DNA of 63,359 nucleotides, counting the filler, from Folioceros fuciformis (Eukaryota), in NCBI GenBank assembly GCA_049999805.1. It is 10 parts of 10 records of this genome, joined end to end, with 100 filler letters (N's around TTAATTAATTAA, not from the genome) between each part and the next. Parts side by side here need not be neighbours in the genome. Positions count along the whole stretch, not along the records: positions 45,974 to 54,465 come from JBNGIO010000796.1; positions 54,566 to 55,862 come from JBNGIO010000798.1; positions 55,963 to 59,853 come from JBNGIO010000799.1; positions 59,954 to 61,971 come from JBNGIO010000800.1; positions 62,072 to 63,359 come from JBNGIO010000801.1; 5 more parts are not named here. One strand, written 5' to 3'. Position numbers and translations under genes: made by a program. Shown here one piece after another: positions 49,556 to 62,785 of this stretch; the first letter of the stretch is position 1; every line of letters starts with the position of its first letter. Below the pieces are notes generated by a model, which was given only the letters and a program-made list of their open reading frames with translations, did no database searches and was not told the DNA's origin.

Positions 49556-50471
49556 CGGTGAGCGATCACTGACGATCGCACCACTCCAGTCGAAACGCTT
49601 TTAGTTCCTCTTGTGCAGAGTTGCGGCATTACTGTAGTATCAATCAATTTCAACATTAGAAGTTGAGGCATTACCGTAATATCAATCAATTTCATCATGA
49701 GAAATTTCAACTACTGAATCTCCCTAAGTCAGTCCAGTCAATTTCCAAGTGAGACTTTCTTCTTGTTGAAAAAGTCAGGTAGGTTTCAAACGCTGAAGGT
49801 ACCCGGAGTCAGTCCGTGGAAGCCTTCGACCCAAGTCTGATGAGCGGAAAAGTGACCACGATGCTTGTCGACGAGTGTACGCAAGCTGCAGAAGGCTGGC
49901 ACCTTTGGCACGTCTACCGAACTTGCAACAAATTGGAGTTATGGGGCACGTTACCAACTGTCACCATTCAGTCGGCGGTGGGAGATTAGCAGGCTATAGG
50001 GAGGGGGGGTCTAGCCATCGCCTAGTTTAGGGCTCGGATTTCAGCGTGGTTGGATTTCGAAAGGGCACTCGGGGCTCAAACCATGACTCGACGACACTAG
50101 CCAGAACATCAGAAACACTACGGCCTCCCTGTACCACGACTCCCAGAGCCTCGACAGCCTCGATGAGTATGGGCATATAGTGGATCAACCCCAATCCAAC
50201 TGGTCTACGTACGGGTACTTCGTCGTCGGGATGCTAAAGTCTTTGTCCTCACGATTCAGAACTTAGACCGCGGCGACAAGCTAGTGCAGCTCTGAACAAC
50301 GTGGACAGAAAATGCAACCCAGAGCGGCTGCTGAGCACAATACTGTAGCGATATCCCTAGCTGTGGATATGAGACTTGCTAGCACTGCTTGACCTGGGCC
50401 TGGTTCATCCAGATTCGGATTATTGTGAGACTGGCAACCTTTCCTTTAGTCCGGATGTTGGCGTTCCCAGT

Positions 50472-53079
50472 TCAGTGTGAAGCAGCAACTTCCTTCTTGA
50501 GGGCCTTGTCATCTGCATCTGTTCGACGCGTGGAAATGTCCCAAGCCAACTCTAAACTACCCAGCACATCTGATGTATTCGGCCGATCGCAACCTTGTGG
50601 CTGTACGCATTCACAGGCCAGTACAGCTATTCGATTTAACGCACCAGGAGAGTAATCACCACATAGCTTGGGATCCGCAATTCGTGAGTATTCCTCTTTC
50701 TCAATCTCTGGCAACAACTGAAATTGAGAAAAGCAATCAGCAATGACGGCATACACTTGGCGCCACACTCTTCCTGAAAGCCAGGGCTGGATCCCTTACC
50801 TCTTGGACAATTGATCTATTACCGTCACGCCCAGTTTCGATGGCCCTTCTCCCGCTGATGAGCTGCAGAAGAACAACTCCGAAGCTGTATACATCGGAGG
50901 CCTCCGTGATTTGCCCCAAGAGCAGGTACTCTGGGTCAAGGTAGCCACTGGTGCCTCTCACAGCTGTTGATAGATGTGAGGCCTCCAGTCCAATTACCTT
51001 TGATAGTCCAAAATCCGACAGCTTGGCTTCAAGGGATTGGTTCAGGAGTATATTTGAGGGCTGCAGGAACGAACGCAAAACTCACGTCACACTTCCGGTT
51101 CAGGAGTATATTTGAGGGCTGCAGGAACGAACGCAAAACTCACGTCACACTTCCTAAGCTCCTCCAGCACAACTCTGTAACAGTCCAAGCTGTGGACATT
51201 ACCTTTATGTCTCTGTGTATGATCACTCCATCCGAAAAATTGTGGAGAAAGGCCAAGCCTCTTGCACAGTCAATTGCAATCGAAACACGCTGAATCCATG
51301 TCAATGATTCTGCACCTGCGCGGACAACAAATAATCAAGCAGCTTAATGGTGAGAATAAAGTGGGAAGAGATCGGCACAGAATTAGCTATCACGTCCATT
51401 CTGTTAGTCTATGCCTTCAACACTTTAAAAAAACAGAGCAAAAGGCCATACCTTGCAGCCTCCCTTGCAGGTCTCCGTTGGACATGTACTCGTATACAAG
51501 CATATACGCGTGTTTGTGTTGGCAGTAACCCAGTAAAGCCGTGAGATTTGGATGGCGAACTCGGACCAGGAGCAATACCTCCTGGCGGAATGAATCAAGG
51601 TTTTCTGCATTGACTATGAACTTGACCGCAACTTCCTGTCCACTTGGAAGTCGGCCTCTATAAACTTTACCTGCACTTCCCTTTCCAACCAGAAGCGAAT
51701 GGCTGAAGTTGTTTGTCGCTCTTAAAATCTCCCTTATTGTGAAGGTATAGCAGCTTTCCTTTGGCAGCTTGACAATTTCCAGAGGGACAAATGCAGCACG
51801 ACTTCCTGTTGATATCAGGAAAAGTCACAGTGGTTTGGCACGGACGAAGGCTAGAAAGTAGTAAACGCGTCTGTCTACATCGAAGTTGCCTTACCTGACA
51901 TAGCCCTCGAGAGGACATACGAAGAACTTCTTTTCCTTCGGAAGTAGCCAACGCTGAATGCTGATAAAACAACAATGCCAGCGGTCCCAAAAATCCCGGC
52001 AATTATTATCAAGACCTTGGGAACTACCGAAGTTTCTCGCCCGTGCGCTGTTCAAAACACACAAGAGATAAGTTAGGAGTGCCTAAGATGCATTGCTAGG
52101 CCGATCAAGTGTTGACGCCTTGACAAACAAGAGGCCTACACAAGCCAGCCAAACGGATTGGAATTATGCGAAGCTGTAAACAACACCTGCAGGTTCTGGG
52201 CTTGGAGCTTCTCCATGATGATCAGTTAAGTACTCTAAAATTCAGCCAGTGAGCTGTTTACCACCATCATGTCCTCCCCAAAAAACTGCTTACTCAGCTG
52301 GAGGGTGATAATACATACGTACCTGACACTGGTACGTTTTCCAGGATTTGGAGGGCACACGTAAAGAAACTCTCGAAGTGCACGATGTCTAGATTGACAC
52401 TAGTCAAGGCGGCCGCAATGCTCGTACCACAAGCACCAGGATCATCTCCTGTTCGGCTCGCCAGTTCCAAGGACGCCAGAAGTAGTTGCGCTTGACATGT
52501 TTGACAGTTTCTGGGCCCAACCTCGAGGCCTTCTCCACATGCCTGGCATACATTGCGAATATCGTACTCGCGTTCCAGCTCTGCTTTTGTACCGAACTGG
52601 CAAGAGGAAGCACCGCGTGTGATCCTTGACACCGGTAATGGACAGCTCCTTAAAAGCTGGTTCTGGTTGATTCGCAGCTCGCTCTGAAGCTCCCCCTGGT
52701 ACTCGTGCACACAGGCTTCCGCTTGAGAGCGATTCAAAAAGATGCGTCCTGTTGCATTAGTGTATCGAGCAATTGCAAAGAGAGCTGCGCTGTAGATTTC
52801 CCGACAGCAAATCTCCAAGGTCAGGTCCGCACTCGAGCTCCAAGAAGTACCCTGGCAAAGGGGAGTCAGCGCCTTCAGAGTAGAGAAATCATATGGACAA
52901 GACGAACCTGAAACTCGTAGACACAGCAAACAAAGCAGAATCAGCCGAGGACCAAACCCGGACTCAAACAAACTAAGCAGGTTGGAGCAACGATCGATCT
53001 TACTTGCGTTCAGTTGCAGTGCCCGCGCAGTAGTCACAAACAGCGCGTAGACCAACGTCATCCAAATCCTTCTCTCCAT
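50472..53079 (-). CDS. SPARK-domain receptor-like kinase, URK-2/ARK-like, about 8 exons
   Basis: Signal peptide; Cys-rich ectodomain CPYDF..C..CC..ARY..TG..C..C..C..CQTC; TM VLIIIAGIFGTAGIVVLSAFSVGYF-RRKR; kinase motifs GKGSAGKVY, VAVK, IDCARGLAFLH, IHRDIK|PSNILL, KLSDFGLSK, RGTSGYLDPEY, ADPKL.GDYS. Confidence 0.88.
51039..51154. repeat. Perfect 58-bp tandem duplication spanning a splice acceptor of the RLK
   Basis: GGTTCAGGAGTATATTTGAGGGCTGCAGGAACGAACGCAAAACTCACGTCACACTTCC, two identical copies. Confidence 0.95.
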
Positions 53080-54565
53080 TGAAGCTATTCCTCAGCTCGA
53101 AAGAGGATTGTGGCAACAACAAAAGCGCACTCAGCTACGCCACCCTTCCTTCGTGCACAGCTTCTAAGTTCTTTGTCCCGTAGGGAAGCTCCCGACACGT
53201 ACCAGTCGCCTTCATGCTACGGCCATGCAAGTGAAGAGCAAGCCTTAGGTCCCCGGACTTGAAACTCCTCCTCTTAATTACGACACCGCAGGCCCAGTCA
53301 CGACCCTTGGTAAAGAAATCGATCCCGGCGAGGCCCGCGAGGGCCTTGTAAACCACCCTTCCATCACCACATGGTGAAGTTCCTTACCTCTCTCCTCCAC
53401 CCGCTAGCAGTGCACTGCAGCCCACAGAAAATCAGGTGGCAACCGAAACACCTTCACGCCCGACGTACACTGGCAGCCACACCGCTCCGCATTAACGGAA
53501 GCCACAAGGGCAGCCTCATTTGAAGCATGACGCTGGCACAAGCACGTAAGAGAAGTCAATTTCCAGCTCAGTGCACTGCACCACACTTTCCAGAGATATG
53601 TACAAATGTATGTAGGTCCAACTGCGATCCCTTCCGGAATAGTGATGGTCATACAGCTGGAAGGCCGGTGAGCTAGGATCGAAACAGGCGTAGGGTGACT
53701 GCAGCACCGGAAGAACGGGATCGGGAAGATATGAATTGGAAGGCTTCTTGATCCAGTTGAAGTCTGCATTGAATTGACAGAGGCTGCGTGACATTTTTCC
53801 AGCCGCGCCGCGAACGGCCAGCGGCTCCCGCTCTCATCAGATTTAGGGCCTGCTTAATGGGCTGGATCGTGAAGTTCACGTACAACGAGCGTGGCGCTTT
53901 GAAATGTCGCTTGTTGCACCAGCGATAGTGCATTGAAATGTCTCTCGGAGACGTCAAATCGATTGACGTTCAAAGTACTTTGCACTTTGGAGGGACGGGA
54001 CGGAGGCGCTTTGGCTTCATTTATTTCGCTACTTAAATAGGCAAGCGGGGAGGTGTCCGGCCTCGCCTGCATCCTGCATCCCCCGATTGCGGGCGGAAAG
54101 TTGGGCGTCCTGGGACATATTTGTCTTTCATGGGAGCTTCTGGTTGTGGAGGGCGGGAAATTGGCGATTGCTGCTCTTGCTGTCGGGTGTCTGGGAGCGG
54201 GGACAAAATTGTGCAGACCTTGTGTGGGTGCAGGTTGCAATCCTGGAGCCGAGTGAATGTGGTGGAGGAATTGGAGACTGATTTTGGAGTAATTACGGGG
54301 GAATTGGGTGGGAGACATGACGTCCTGCTCCAGCTGGTTGCTGGTCATGACGGACGATTTTGTCAAGATTTTGCAAGACATGGTGTTCTCTTTCGGGAAG
54401 TATCACGAGGCGCAGGCGGACTTGAAGCAGGCAGTACGGGCCTTGGACGCTCCCGACCTGCAGGCNNNNNNNNNNNNNNNNNNNNNNNNNNNNNNNNNNN
54501 NNNNNNNNNTTAATTAATTAANNNNNNNNNNNNNNNNNNNNNNNNNNNNNNNNNNNNNNNNNNNN

Positions 54566-55615
54566 ATACCTTAGGTTTTGTAAAGAGTCGAGCAGATAGC
54601 AGTCTTTATATTTTCATCAAAAGTCATGTTATTTGCTATTTAGGCTTGTATGTAGATGACCTGATTTTATCTTGTAATAGCACAACTTTCATTAGTAAAG
54701 TAAATAATTTCTTAGCATCTAAATTTAAAATGACAAATTTAGAACCTTGACAAAGCTGTCTAGGTGTCCATATACAGAGAGACAAAAGTAAAAGATTTTT
54801 GAATTTATCACAGCCCAGATATATTTTAGACAAAGTAGAGCAATTAGGTTTCAAGGATGCTAAGCCTATTTCCACTCCTTTCCCAACAAGACTTAAGTTA
54901 AGTAAAAGTATGAGTCCTAATACACAAACTAAAAAAGAAGCTATGTCTAAGATACCTTATAGAAAGGCTATTGGTAAGTTGATTTATGCTACTAATACTA
55001 CAAGACCCGAAATAGCCTATGCAACCATTGTCTTGTCTCAGTATTTGGAGAATCCAGGGCAGGAACATTGGACATGTTTGAAACGTGTACTTAGATATTT
55101 GAAAGGCATGTTTAACAGAGGCATACAATTTCAGGGCAAGCATGATGAAGAACTTTCTTTGGAAGTTTTTAAAGATTCTGATTATGCAGAAGATGTAGAC
55201 ACCAAGAAATCAGTTTTTGGTTATGTGGTTTGTATTGCTGGTGGACCTATTAGTTGGTCTAGCAAAAAGCAACCTACAGTTGCTTTATCCAGCACCGAAG
55301 CTAAGTATAGAGTGCTTATAGCAGCTGCCAAAGAAGTGATATGGTGCAAGTTATTATTTAAGGAACTTGGATTTTTAATTCCAGCTTGCACAACAATACA
55401 TACAGACAATCAAAGAGCAATCGCTTTAGCACAAAATCTAGTATTTCACTCTCAAATAAAACATGTTGAAGTGGTATATCATTTTATAAGAGATTTAGTT
55501 GCAGCTGAAAAGGTAAAACTGAAATATTTCCCTACACAAGAAAATCCAATTGATATTTTCACAAAACCATTAAGCAAGGAACTACATAATAAACATGTTC
55601 AGGCACTTGGCCTAG
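54566..55615 (+). mobile_element. Ty1/Copia RT-RNase H fragment, AT-rich
   Basis: LYVDDLI, LSQPRYI, PYRKAIGKLIY, TRPEIAYA, ISWSSKKQPTVALSSTEAKY, TDNQRAI, KHVEV.YHFIRD, DIFTKPL; one internal stop. Confidence 0.93.
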
Positions 55616-55962
55616 GGGAGTATCCTAGCTCCCTTACAAACTCTTATTATGAGAATCGGAGACTGACCATCGACTATGGTCTCGAGGAGGTCCTGGCAAA
55701 TTTTTGCAACTATCCTCATCCTCGTCCACCATGTCATTGGTCTCGTGATCTTCACTTTTTGATTTGGAATCAGATGAAGTGTGATCAAATGAAATTTTGT
55801 CTTCATGGTCCAGACCTTGCTCTTTGTCAATTCTCTGTTCAGACCCTACATAAACAGTGGGANNNNNNNNNNNNNNNNNNNNNNNNNNNNNNNNNNNNNN
55901 NNNNNNTTAATTAATTAANNNNNNNNNNNNNNNNNNNNNNNNNNNNNNNNNNNNNNNNNNNN

Positions 55963-57796
55963 TTAATCCAGATGGGTCAGTAGCCAGGTACAAGGCCATA
56001 TATGTTGTCCATGGCTATAAACAAGTTGAAGGTCTGGATTTCAACGAAACCTTCTCACCTGTGGTACGGGCGTCATCATTCAGAATATGTTTGCTTTGGC
56101 TGCTGAACACAAGCTGGACATCCAGTACATGGATGTTAAAACTGCCTTCCTGCATGGCACAATCGACGAAGAGATGTATATTACGCAACCTGAGGGGCTA
56201 TGTCAGTAAAACCGAACCACATAAGGTTTGCAAACTTAAGAAAAGCCTGTACGGCTTGAAGCAGGCACCGAGAGTATGGTACCAGAAGATCCATGCCTAC
56301 CTACTCAAGTTTGATTTCAGTTAAAGTGATGCTGACACAAATGTCTACATACTTAGATTTGGGCAAGAGTTTGCAATCATAGCTTTGTATGTCGATGATG
56401 CACTCATCTTTGCCAACTCCCCTGGCATCATGAAGAAAGTCAAGTCAATCCTCATGACCGAGTTTTCCATGACAGATCTAGGGCTGTTGACCTTCTTCCT
56501 AGGCATACAGATCCTGATCAGTCCTGACAAAGGTAGTATCTTCTGTTACCAAGCTCACTACATTAGACAAATGCTAGAAAGATTTATTGTGACTGATTGC
56601 AAACCTGCTATCACCCCAATGGCTGTGGGAGAAAAGTACTCTATTGAGCAAAGTCCGAAGACTGAAACAGAAAAATAGGAAATGGCAAAGAAGCCATACA
56701 GCATGGTCACGGGGTGCCTTATCTGGATCAGTGGGTGGACAAGACCGGATGTATCTCCAGCAACTAGAATTTTTTCAAGGTTCCTTGCCAACCCTGGCAA
56801 TGCCCACTGGACAGGAGTTAAAAGAGTTCTTCGTTACCTAAAAGGCACTCAACACGTCGGTATCAGCTACAAATCACAAGGCAAGTTTCCCTTACTTACC
56901 TGCACTCCGACTTAGACTGGGCAGGAGATGAGGACTCCAGGTAGTCCATCACTGCCAACTGCACCATGCTGTGCGGAGGCGTTGTCAACTGGACATCGAA
57001 GAAGCAAACAGTTGTAGCCCTGTCTAGCACTGAAGCGGAATACATAGCTGCAACCGCAGCTGCTCAGGAGACTGTTTACAACTGCCTATTCATGGCATCT
57101 ATGGGCTCTCCTCAACTTGGAGCTACTACTGTATACTGCGACAACCAGTCAGCCATAGCCATGTCCAGAAATCCAGTGCGTCATTCACGGACCAGGCATA
57201 TAGCTGTCAAGCAGCATTACATCAGGCAAACAGTAGCATCAGGAGAAATTGACCTAGTTTACGTACCCATAGATCATAATCTAGCAGACTTGCTCACGAA
57301 GCCACTACCAAAGGACCGCCACATCGCGCACTGCAAGGGCTTGGGGCTCTGCACTCAAGCAAGCTCTTGACACCTGCACAACTACACAGCACAAGCAGGA
57401 GCAAAAGGACGAAACTTCCATCCAAGTGAGAAAGGCCGCCAACACTGAGCATAGCTGCAATCTTTGCTGCAGACGGAGCGCATGCAAAAACTGAGGACGG
57501 CCGGAGATTACAGCGTACGCGAGTTCACAACGGCGGGAATGCGGTCTAAGTGGGGGTGACGAAAGAGGCTGCCCTAGTATAGCCCGCTTCTCGGCGTTAA
57601 GTGTTAGTTTAGGTTAAGTATATACACGCAAATATGTAAAGGCACGAAACGTGCCCTAGTGAAACGTCACCCGTCAACCGTCGTACAGGTTCACGGGACA
57701 CGGCCATAAAGGACCTCACTCACACACATTCAATATTATTCATTCATGCTTCTTTTCTACGCTAGTCTGTCGATCCTGTTTATGCTACTATCAACA
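55963..57796 (+). mobile_element. Ty1/Copia 3' half: RT-RNase H, PPT and 3' LTR (about 57557-57796)
   Basis: MDVKTAFL, LKKSLYGLKQAPRVW, LYVDD, WTSKKQTVVALSSTEAEYIA, YCDNQSAI, ADLLTKPL; PPT AAGTGGGGG followed by TGACG...TCAACA. Confidence 0.9.
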
Positions 57797-59379
57797 TTGC
57801 ACTAATCACTTTGTTAACTGTGAGTGGGGGTGGGGCTGCACCTTGTAGGGACTAGACTACGGAGGTCCATGATTCAGGTAGAGTGGACAGCAATATTGCT
57901 GCCATTAAATCTTCAGAGATGGTGAAGCCGCATGATTGGAACTTGGCATTCCAGCTCCTAAATAGCATGGTATGTGCGTCCACTTGGTCAGTTTCTGACA
58001 TTCTTAGAGAGAAATTTTTTTTGATAGTGTGGACTATGTGCATGATGTCTGTTGCAGCGTATACGTCGTGGAGCTGTTGCCCTGCCTACGCGGCTGTTTC
58101 TGTCCCTTCCAACTGCTGTACGTTTCCTGATTTCATGCCTTGCATGATGACGTTCCTGGCTTGCTCTTTTTTTTTCATCCCACGCTTCCTTTTGAGCATC
58201 TGTGGCGTTGGGACTTGAGGGGCGTGCTGTGATTACAGGTGGTGACCCGACTCCTCCTACGAACTCCCAGAGCTTCCTCTCTTTCAGGATATTTGTGATT
58301 CTAAACTTCCATATGGGGAAGCTATGTTGCTGCCTATCAAATCTGTCCTCTTTGGACAGTGAGATATTGGAGGCTGCCATTTTGTGTTGCTTATTTCTGT
58401 TGTGTGTGTGTGTGGGCAAATGCTAACGTGCGTGGTTATTTGCTGTTAGCTTATGTCTCGAAGATAGAGTTCCTTAGGAGGCAAGTAGTGTCCAGGTGTA
58501 TGGTGAGTAGAACTCTCACTGTTTTGGGTCCGTTGGTGTTTCTAGGATTTTGCAATTGGTTAATTTTGTGGATTATTGACATCTCTAATCCTTCGATTTC
58601 AGGTTGTGGAGGATTTTTGAAGAAATTGTTCTTTCTAAATAGGGTGTTTAGATGGATGTGAATCCTTTGTTTGATGTAGTCGACGCTGCAGGGGATGACC
58701 ACATCGAAGGATGTGGTGTATTCATTGATCATTGTTGATGAAGAGGAAAGAAACCTGAATGTAGGAGATATCATATTCTGTAGGGTCTAGAAATCCCCTT
58801 AATAGCAGCTCTTCCCCTAAGAGGAGAAGAACACCATAGACTCTGGACCATGCATAGACTAGCAGGTCCTCATGGGCTTGCTTTAGAAAAGCCTGTTCTC
58901 TGTGGAATCTTTGAAATTCCATCTCTGTGGGCATCTTTGTTTGACTCTTCTAAGCTTGCGCTCTTTCTTTTTAGAGCTAGGCATGATGGCTGGGTTTATT
59001 TGTCATGATTGAGTGGCAAAGATGGTAGGTGCGCGATTGCAACTTGCTCTAATACCATGAAAATGTTCAACGACCTGCTCTGATACCATGAAAATGTTCA
59101 ATGCATCCCTGACCGATCAGCGTGCAAGCAAGAGAATCGATTACGTTCGTAGTCTGTATAGGTTATGTGTTCTGGTAAAGCGGTGCCTTCGAACGCAACC
59201 GCTTAGTAGCATGTCGTTTCGTATCAAGCAAACCGTGCCCTAACTAATGCTAGGGATACTATTATTGTAATATTATACAAATCTCCATGAATGCTGTGAA
59301 TCTGCGCAGCGCGTGATTGTGCCCTGTTTCTATCTTTGGAAGCTAACCATGTAGTGATGGCTAAGGATTTGACTTGACA
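57797..59379 (-). mobile_element. Ty1/Copia 5' part: LTR (about 59089-59379), tRNA-iMet PBS, leader and decayed gag
   Basis: Reverse-strand TGGTATCAGAGC at 59077-59088 next to LTR end ...TTTTCA; gag motifs F.IWKFRITNILKERKLW, LRMSE, ILLSTLPESW. LTR outer end is approximate. Confidence 0.8.
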
Positions 59380-60156
59380 CTCTCGCTTAGTTCAAGTCCC
59401 ATCCATTCAAGTTCCATCCAAAAGAATTTGGATTGTTCGAATTTCCTGAGCACCTTGCAAAAACAACTCTGAATTTTTGCTAGCCAAGTTATGTACAAAC
59501 AGTGTCTAACCCAGATGGGTGTATTCCACCATTTTGGGCTTCGCGAGATTTTGACATTTAAAACTCGTGTCAGATATCCGCATTTTCACATGTTTTTGTC
59601 AGGAGAACCCGAAATGTGGCCTAAAAGAGTGTTAAGTATAAACTTAATCATCAATTGTTTCCAAAGTACTAGCAAATTTGCGAGTGTCATTGCAATCAAA
59701 TACATAACAAAACCTCGTAATATGGCGGGTATCACGTAATTCACGTGTTATCGGATTCCATGTAAAGTCGTAAGTGTTTGAGCTATACTTCATATCAGGT
59801 GACCCTTGTTGGAGACTAAATGAACCTTAGCGCTGATTCGAGTCCGGAGCACTNNNNNNNNNNNNNNNNNNNNNNNNNNNNNNNNNNNNNNNNNNNNTTA
59901 ATTAATTAANNNNNNNNNNNNNNNNNNNNNNNNNNNNNNNNNNNNNNNNNNNNCCTACCTTCTCCTTGGGTGTGAGGTACTTGGACACCTTGACCTTCTT
60001 TCCTGGGGCCAACTCCATGTCCTCGACAGCATCTAGATCCGCGTAAACTCCTTCGGGACTACTCCCTACACTTGTTCCTGATCCTTCTTCCGGGAAATTG
60101 TAGTCATAGGCCTTCCCCTTCCAAAAGGCAGCTCCTTCCCTTTGCTCTTCATCCTC

Positions 60157-61971
60157 CTATGGATCTTCATTCTCCACCACTTCACTATGGAAACAAGTCA
60201 CCTCTTGACCCAAATCCACCATCCAGACAGTACGCCCTACTCCCTTGTAGGCTCCTGTACTGCTGGAAGTGCTACCTCCAGCACTACCGGATGTGTACCC
60301 GGGGGATGGTCTTGCTGTTTCTCCCCCATAGGGAGCTTTGCTCCACGAGACAAATGAAACTTCCGCAGGTCCTGTAGGTTTAGACCTAAAGGTCACATCT
60401 TTCCTACCAAAATCAAACACACAAGTTGTCCCGTACAACCACGGTCTCCCAAGGAGGACCTTGTACCCTAGGTCAGACACTGGCCTCATGACAATGTAGG
60501 TCAGCTTGAACGTGATCCCTCCTATCACCGTGGGCACATCCTTCAACACTCCTAGAGGCTTCCTCTTGGTCTGGTCTGCCATCCGAAGGTACACGCGGAT
60601 AGGGTCAAACTCCGTGAACCCCAAACGATGGGCTGTGTCCTCCGTCATGAGATTGACACCAGACCCCGTATCCAACGGTACATCCGGTACCAGACAACCT
60701 GCAATCTCCACCTCTATTTCAAGAGCTCCACAATCAGCCAACTCCACTGAACTCATCCAGGTCGAGATTGTCTTCCCTTCGAGTGGCTTTGGTATCCCTC
60801 GGATGGCCTCCTTCACGATCTTCCTGGCCTTGGGACTAACGGACAAGAGCTGTCTCAAGCTTACCACAACCTCCTGGTCAAGCAAGGCGTCAGCAAATCC
60901 AGCAACCTTCATGGCCAAAGCCTCCCTTGCTGTTGTTGTCTTAGGAGAATTGATCCCTCCATCCTCCTTGCTTCGATCAACCTTCTCTCCTTCATGTTCC
61001 TTCTCCAAGGGACTTGCACTCTCCACCACGCCTGTCACAAGAGGGTCTGCAAACGTGACCTTCTTAGACTGGTGCATCAGCCTAGTCAGCTCTTCCTCCA
61101 GCATTGCAGCAACCTCCTTGCTGATGTCTGGTGGAAATGCTGATTCTTCAACCTCGCCTTCAGCTAGTTCACCTTCCTCTCGATGAGGTGGATCAACCTC
61201 TTGCCCAGTCGGCACATCATTCTTCGTTTGCTGAACGAGTGGTTCCTTCCTTGCCTCTAGTGGTTTAGAAGTGTTGTCACGTTCTCTCCTCCTTCTCTTC
61301 TCTTCCTTCTTCGTCTTCTCCCTATAACGACGTTCGGAACAGGTGGTGACCCTTGCCACCATGACTTCTTCACCATCGCTAGCTTCGCCTGAATATCCCT
61401 CCTCCACAATGTTAGAAAATGCTTGAGAGTCAATCAAAGGCTCCTCCTCAGCCTCCACCGACAACATAGGTGCGCTTGTAGCTGCTGTCTCCACCACAGG
61501 AGGAAGTCCCTCTTGTGGTGCCTCCGTGATCCTTACTCCGGATCTAGGCAGCACAAGCCTAGGGATGCCCGAACACCTTGGATCCCTAGCCCTGTGCCTT
61601 GGATCCTTGCACACCTGACAAAACGGCACAAATCCAAGTTGCCGACATGGCTTTGTGCACTCGTTAGCATAGTGTCCCGGCAAGCCACAATTAAAACAAC
61701 AACCTGCTGCCACCACTTGTGGACGATGGGACAGATCTGGCCTCCAAGGTCCTGGAGATACCGGACGAGGACCATACCTCATTCCAGGAGGTCCTGGTGG
61801 TTGGAAAGATGGCCGAATGGACTGTGGTGGTCGAGGAGCAGTCACAGCCTGTACCTGATAGGAGTCATCCACGTACCCATAGTCTCCTAGTAGGTAGGCG
61901 TCCACTTGGTTGACGGCATGGCGTGGAGCCCTAGTGCACTCTTGGTGGGTGTGTCCTGATTGGTGACAAAT
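60157..61971 (-). mobile_element. Ty3/Gypsy gag-protease region
   Basis: Zinc knuckles CFNCGLPGHYANEC and CQVCKDPRH......C; VSLRQLLSVSP; aspartic protease LDTGSGVN, MADQT, LLGRPWL. Confidence 0.9.
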
Positions 61972-62785
61972 NNNNNNNNNNNNNNNNNNNNNNNNNNNNN
62001 NNNNNNNNNNNNNNNTTAATTAATTAANNNNNNNNNNNNNNNNNNNNNNNNNNNNNNNNNNNNNNNNNNNNTACTCACACTCTCTCATTCACCAGTCCAC
62101 GCGCGACTCTCAGCGCTCTTCTTCAACTCGCTTGTCTAGGGCCTCTCTCCTCTGAAATGGTAGAAATGATGGTTCACCGGAGGCTAAAGGAAGGGGTATC
62201 CACTTCCACTCCGAACTCAAGGATTCGGCCTTTGGCACCTTTACCACTCCGCGCAACCCTCACGGGAATAGCTGGGGAGCTCGTCTCCCACTCGGCGAGG
62301 TCTCTCCTCCTGATTCGTTCCCGAATCCTGGTTACAGAGTGTCCACCACCTGCACCCACACCCTCAGAACACTACGTGCGCTCGCTTGCCTAGACCTCCT
62401 GTCCAGCAACGGCCATCGCTAGCCTTCCACAAAGTCGGAATGTCGGGCTGGTTTCTTGGTGATTTTTCCGAGGCCCCAAACTGGCCTCTTATACACGGTA
62501 GTGGTGGTCTTTCCGCCATAAAGTCTGTCAGGGGTCAGTTTGCGCTCTTAAATGCTGAGCGCCTTAGGTCCAAGCAACGACAATCTAAAAAAAACTAGTC
62601 TAGACTGTAATTACTATCGCCTCTCTCTTGGCCGCTGGCGCCTCCCTCCTGGTCGTTGCGCCCTTCCCCCTATTGGTTTGCCTCTAGCTCTCCTACCCCG
62701 CCGTTGGTCAGGTAGGTCCTCCCATAGGACCTCTACCTCACTACTGCTGCTGCTAACCCTTGCTGGCGGCGGTGCAGGTGGGTCC

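Noticed and set aside
33326-54465. Apparent plastid/symbiosis gene cluster (CHLH, PPRs, porin-like gene, SPS, RLK)
   Set aside because: Spread over three contigs joined by artificial spacers, with no shared pathway.
54308-54465. Start of a + strand coding exon (MTDDFVKILQDMVFSFGKYHEAQ...)
   Set aside because: Plausible but cut by the gap and too short to assign.
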